A stretch of 64,000 nucleotides of DNA from the NCBI GenBank assembly GCA_043228905.1, contig JBHGNT010000016.1, forward strand, positions 5,084,001 through 5,148,000, written 5' to 3'. The DNA is from Azolla caroliniana (Eukaryota > Plantae > Polypodiophyta). Shown here in pieces: positions 62,059 to 64,000 of the stretch. The translations under genes were made by a program, and so were the position numbers. The notes beneath the pieces are model-generated. The model was not told where the DNA came from, did no database searches, and saw only the letters and a program-made list of their open reading frames with translations. How positions within the stretch are numbered: position 1 is the stretch's first letter; each line of letters begins with the position of its first letter.

Positions 62059-64000
62059 TTTTTATTTTTATTTTTAAAGGAAGATACACCTTAGTATATT
62101 ACTTGAAAAGTCTACATAGGAAAAACAGAAGGAGACATTTCATCTCACTTCTTTTTGTAAGATACAAAAGCTAGTACATCTGACGATACTAATGATGGCA
62201 TATATGAACAAGTAGAACAATACTTACTATCCACTATCCAACATAAATGAAGGTATGGCATAATTCCACTTTGGACCTGCAATTGTCTCTAAAAATAATT
62301 GGAGTCCTTGCCATCGGTTCTTAAAGGCCAGTTTTTGTTGCCACAAAACATCATTTGAACCCTGCAGATCATCATATTGCCCATGAAGTGTGTGAACAAA
62401 CAACATCCAAAATTCGATAAGCATAGTGTTGAGTTGTATATGGGCATTGTTAAAAAAAGAATCACATCTCGCTTTCCATATTATCCAAAGAGCCAATGAC
62501 ATAATTGTACGCCAAATGACCAGATTTTTAATTCTGAACCGTGAAATAGAAGAAGGAAACGAGGTGAGAGAGAGGTGTCCATAAGAAAAATGGAAAACAT
62601 GAGAAGCATGCATACTTTCATACCTCATAACCTCTCCATGAAGGACACCCCACAATATTGCACCCCAATAGAATATTGATTGAGAGTAGTGTTGTCTCAA
62701 CAATAAAAACAACTTACTCCAAAATTTCTTGATCTTGGGACATAACCAAAACACATGCAAAATCGATTCAGTAGGTGCGCCACAATGCAATCCACAAGCA
62801 TATTGTTGATGTTGTCTCAACCAATCACCAACCGAAAGAGCATAATGAATCAACAACCATCGAAAGCAAATGACTTTTTTCGGCAATTGCATGCTCCACA
62901 ACCATTTCCAAAATTTTGCAAGTTGTAATTCCTGCACATTATTCTCAGACCAATGCTTCATGGCAGTAGGACATTTATACTTTGATTGCAACATTAAATT
63001 TCTACTTAGCTTAACTGAATATTGGAAAAACTCCAAATGTTTACCATTTCCACCATAACTCAGCTTTTTCCATTGATAATCAGCCGGATCCCAATCTAAA
63101 TTTTGAAGAGGTTTTTTTTGAAAAACCCACAATGAGCAATACAACAAGCATTCTTGAAAGGTTGATCTGAAGACCATTTTTTCCTCGATCTTGTGACTAC
63201 TCGAATGGCCAAAGTGTTGGCGGACATGTAGACATCTGATGCAGAGTATACATGCCACAACCTACCCTCATCATCAACATTAAAATACAGAGCATCACCT
63301 GTAGCATTAGTTACTTTAGCTCCTAAAATAACTTTTAAAGGAGAAAAATAACCAAACCGTATCTGATTACTTAAGGGAGACCATGAAACCATAAATTGTC
63401 CCAATGCCACTTGCATATCATTACTCATAACAACTCCTCCTCAAACTGAATGCATTGATAAAGATTGTAACAGACGATTCATAACATGGCATCCCCATGA
63501 AAGAACATTACATGCAACTGATGCACCCAAAGCAGCCCAATTTAGCCTGGGGCGGCTACCAAGCAATAAACCTCTCGCATCAGAGAAGAGAAAATTCCAT
63601 GTCAAAGGCTATCTCAACAAATCATCCATTGTCAAAGGCATTTTTTGGACAAAAATTTCTTAGCAGCAGCCCAACTTGTGAGAATTCCATTAAAAAATCT
63701 ATCTTCTGGTAAGGATGTTTTAAAGAAATGAAAATTCTAAATAAATGCCCACCTTAACGAGGGTTGCCGAACTCTGCCTATTGTCGGACAAATAGTAGAC
63801 AACCTATGCATCATTAGTTGACTCCAAATACCTTGCATTGGCAACATAGCTCTACACACAAATTTAGAGAGCAAGGCCTTACATTGCGATTCCGGATCCA
63901 CCAACCCCAACCCACCATTTTGTCTTGGAGCAATCAATATTGCCCAAGCTACTTTTGGCCTTTTATTCTGACCTATTTTGTCTCCCCAAATAAAATTGTG
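62059..64000 (-). mobile_element. LINE (L1/Tx1-like) ORF2 3' part, decayed, runs off the window
   Basis: APRQNGGLGL; zf-RVT-like CGLHCGAPTESILHVFWLC; LWIIWKARC. A-rich tail at 62059-62075. Confidence 0.88.

Overview
Land-plant nuclear DNA, most likely a fern, inferred from a DYW:KP-type PPR gene. Bases 1-23,263 hold a tandem array of about 24 degenerate nuclear tRNA-Trp(CCA) units with a period of about 192 bp. Three related Ty3/gypsy elements occupy the array: two inserted inside tRNA coding units and one nested in another. The two whose 5' ends are visible have an 18-nt primer-binding site exactly complementary to mature tRNA-Trp. A fourth nested LTR element encodes Gag plus a long coiled-coil ORF, has no pol, and carries tRNA-Arg-like PBS motifs at both internal ends. 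To the right lie LINE and copia remnants, TIM17, a BLT/At5g41620-family coiled-coil gene, a PLS-E PPR gene, a DYW:KP PPR gene (candidate U-to-C RNA editor), a 19-exon DEAD-box helicase RH28/DDX27 gene, a decayed chromovirus and a second LINE. All coordinates and counts were derived by eye.
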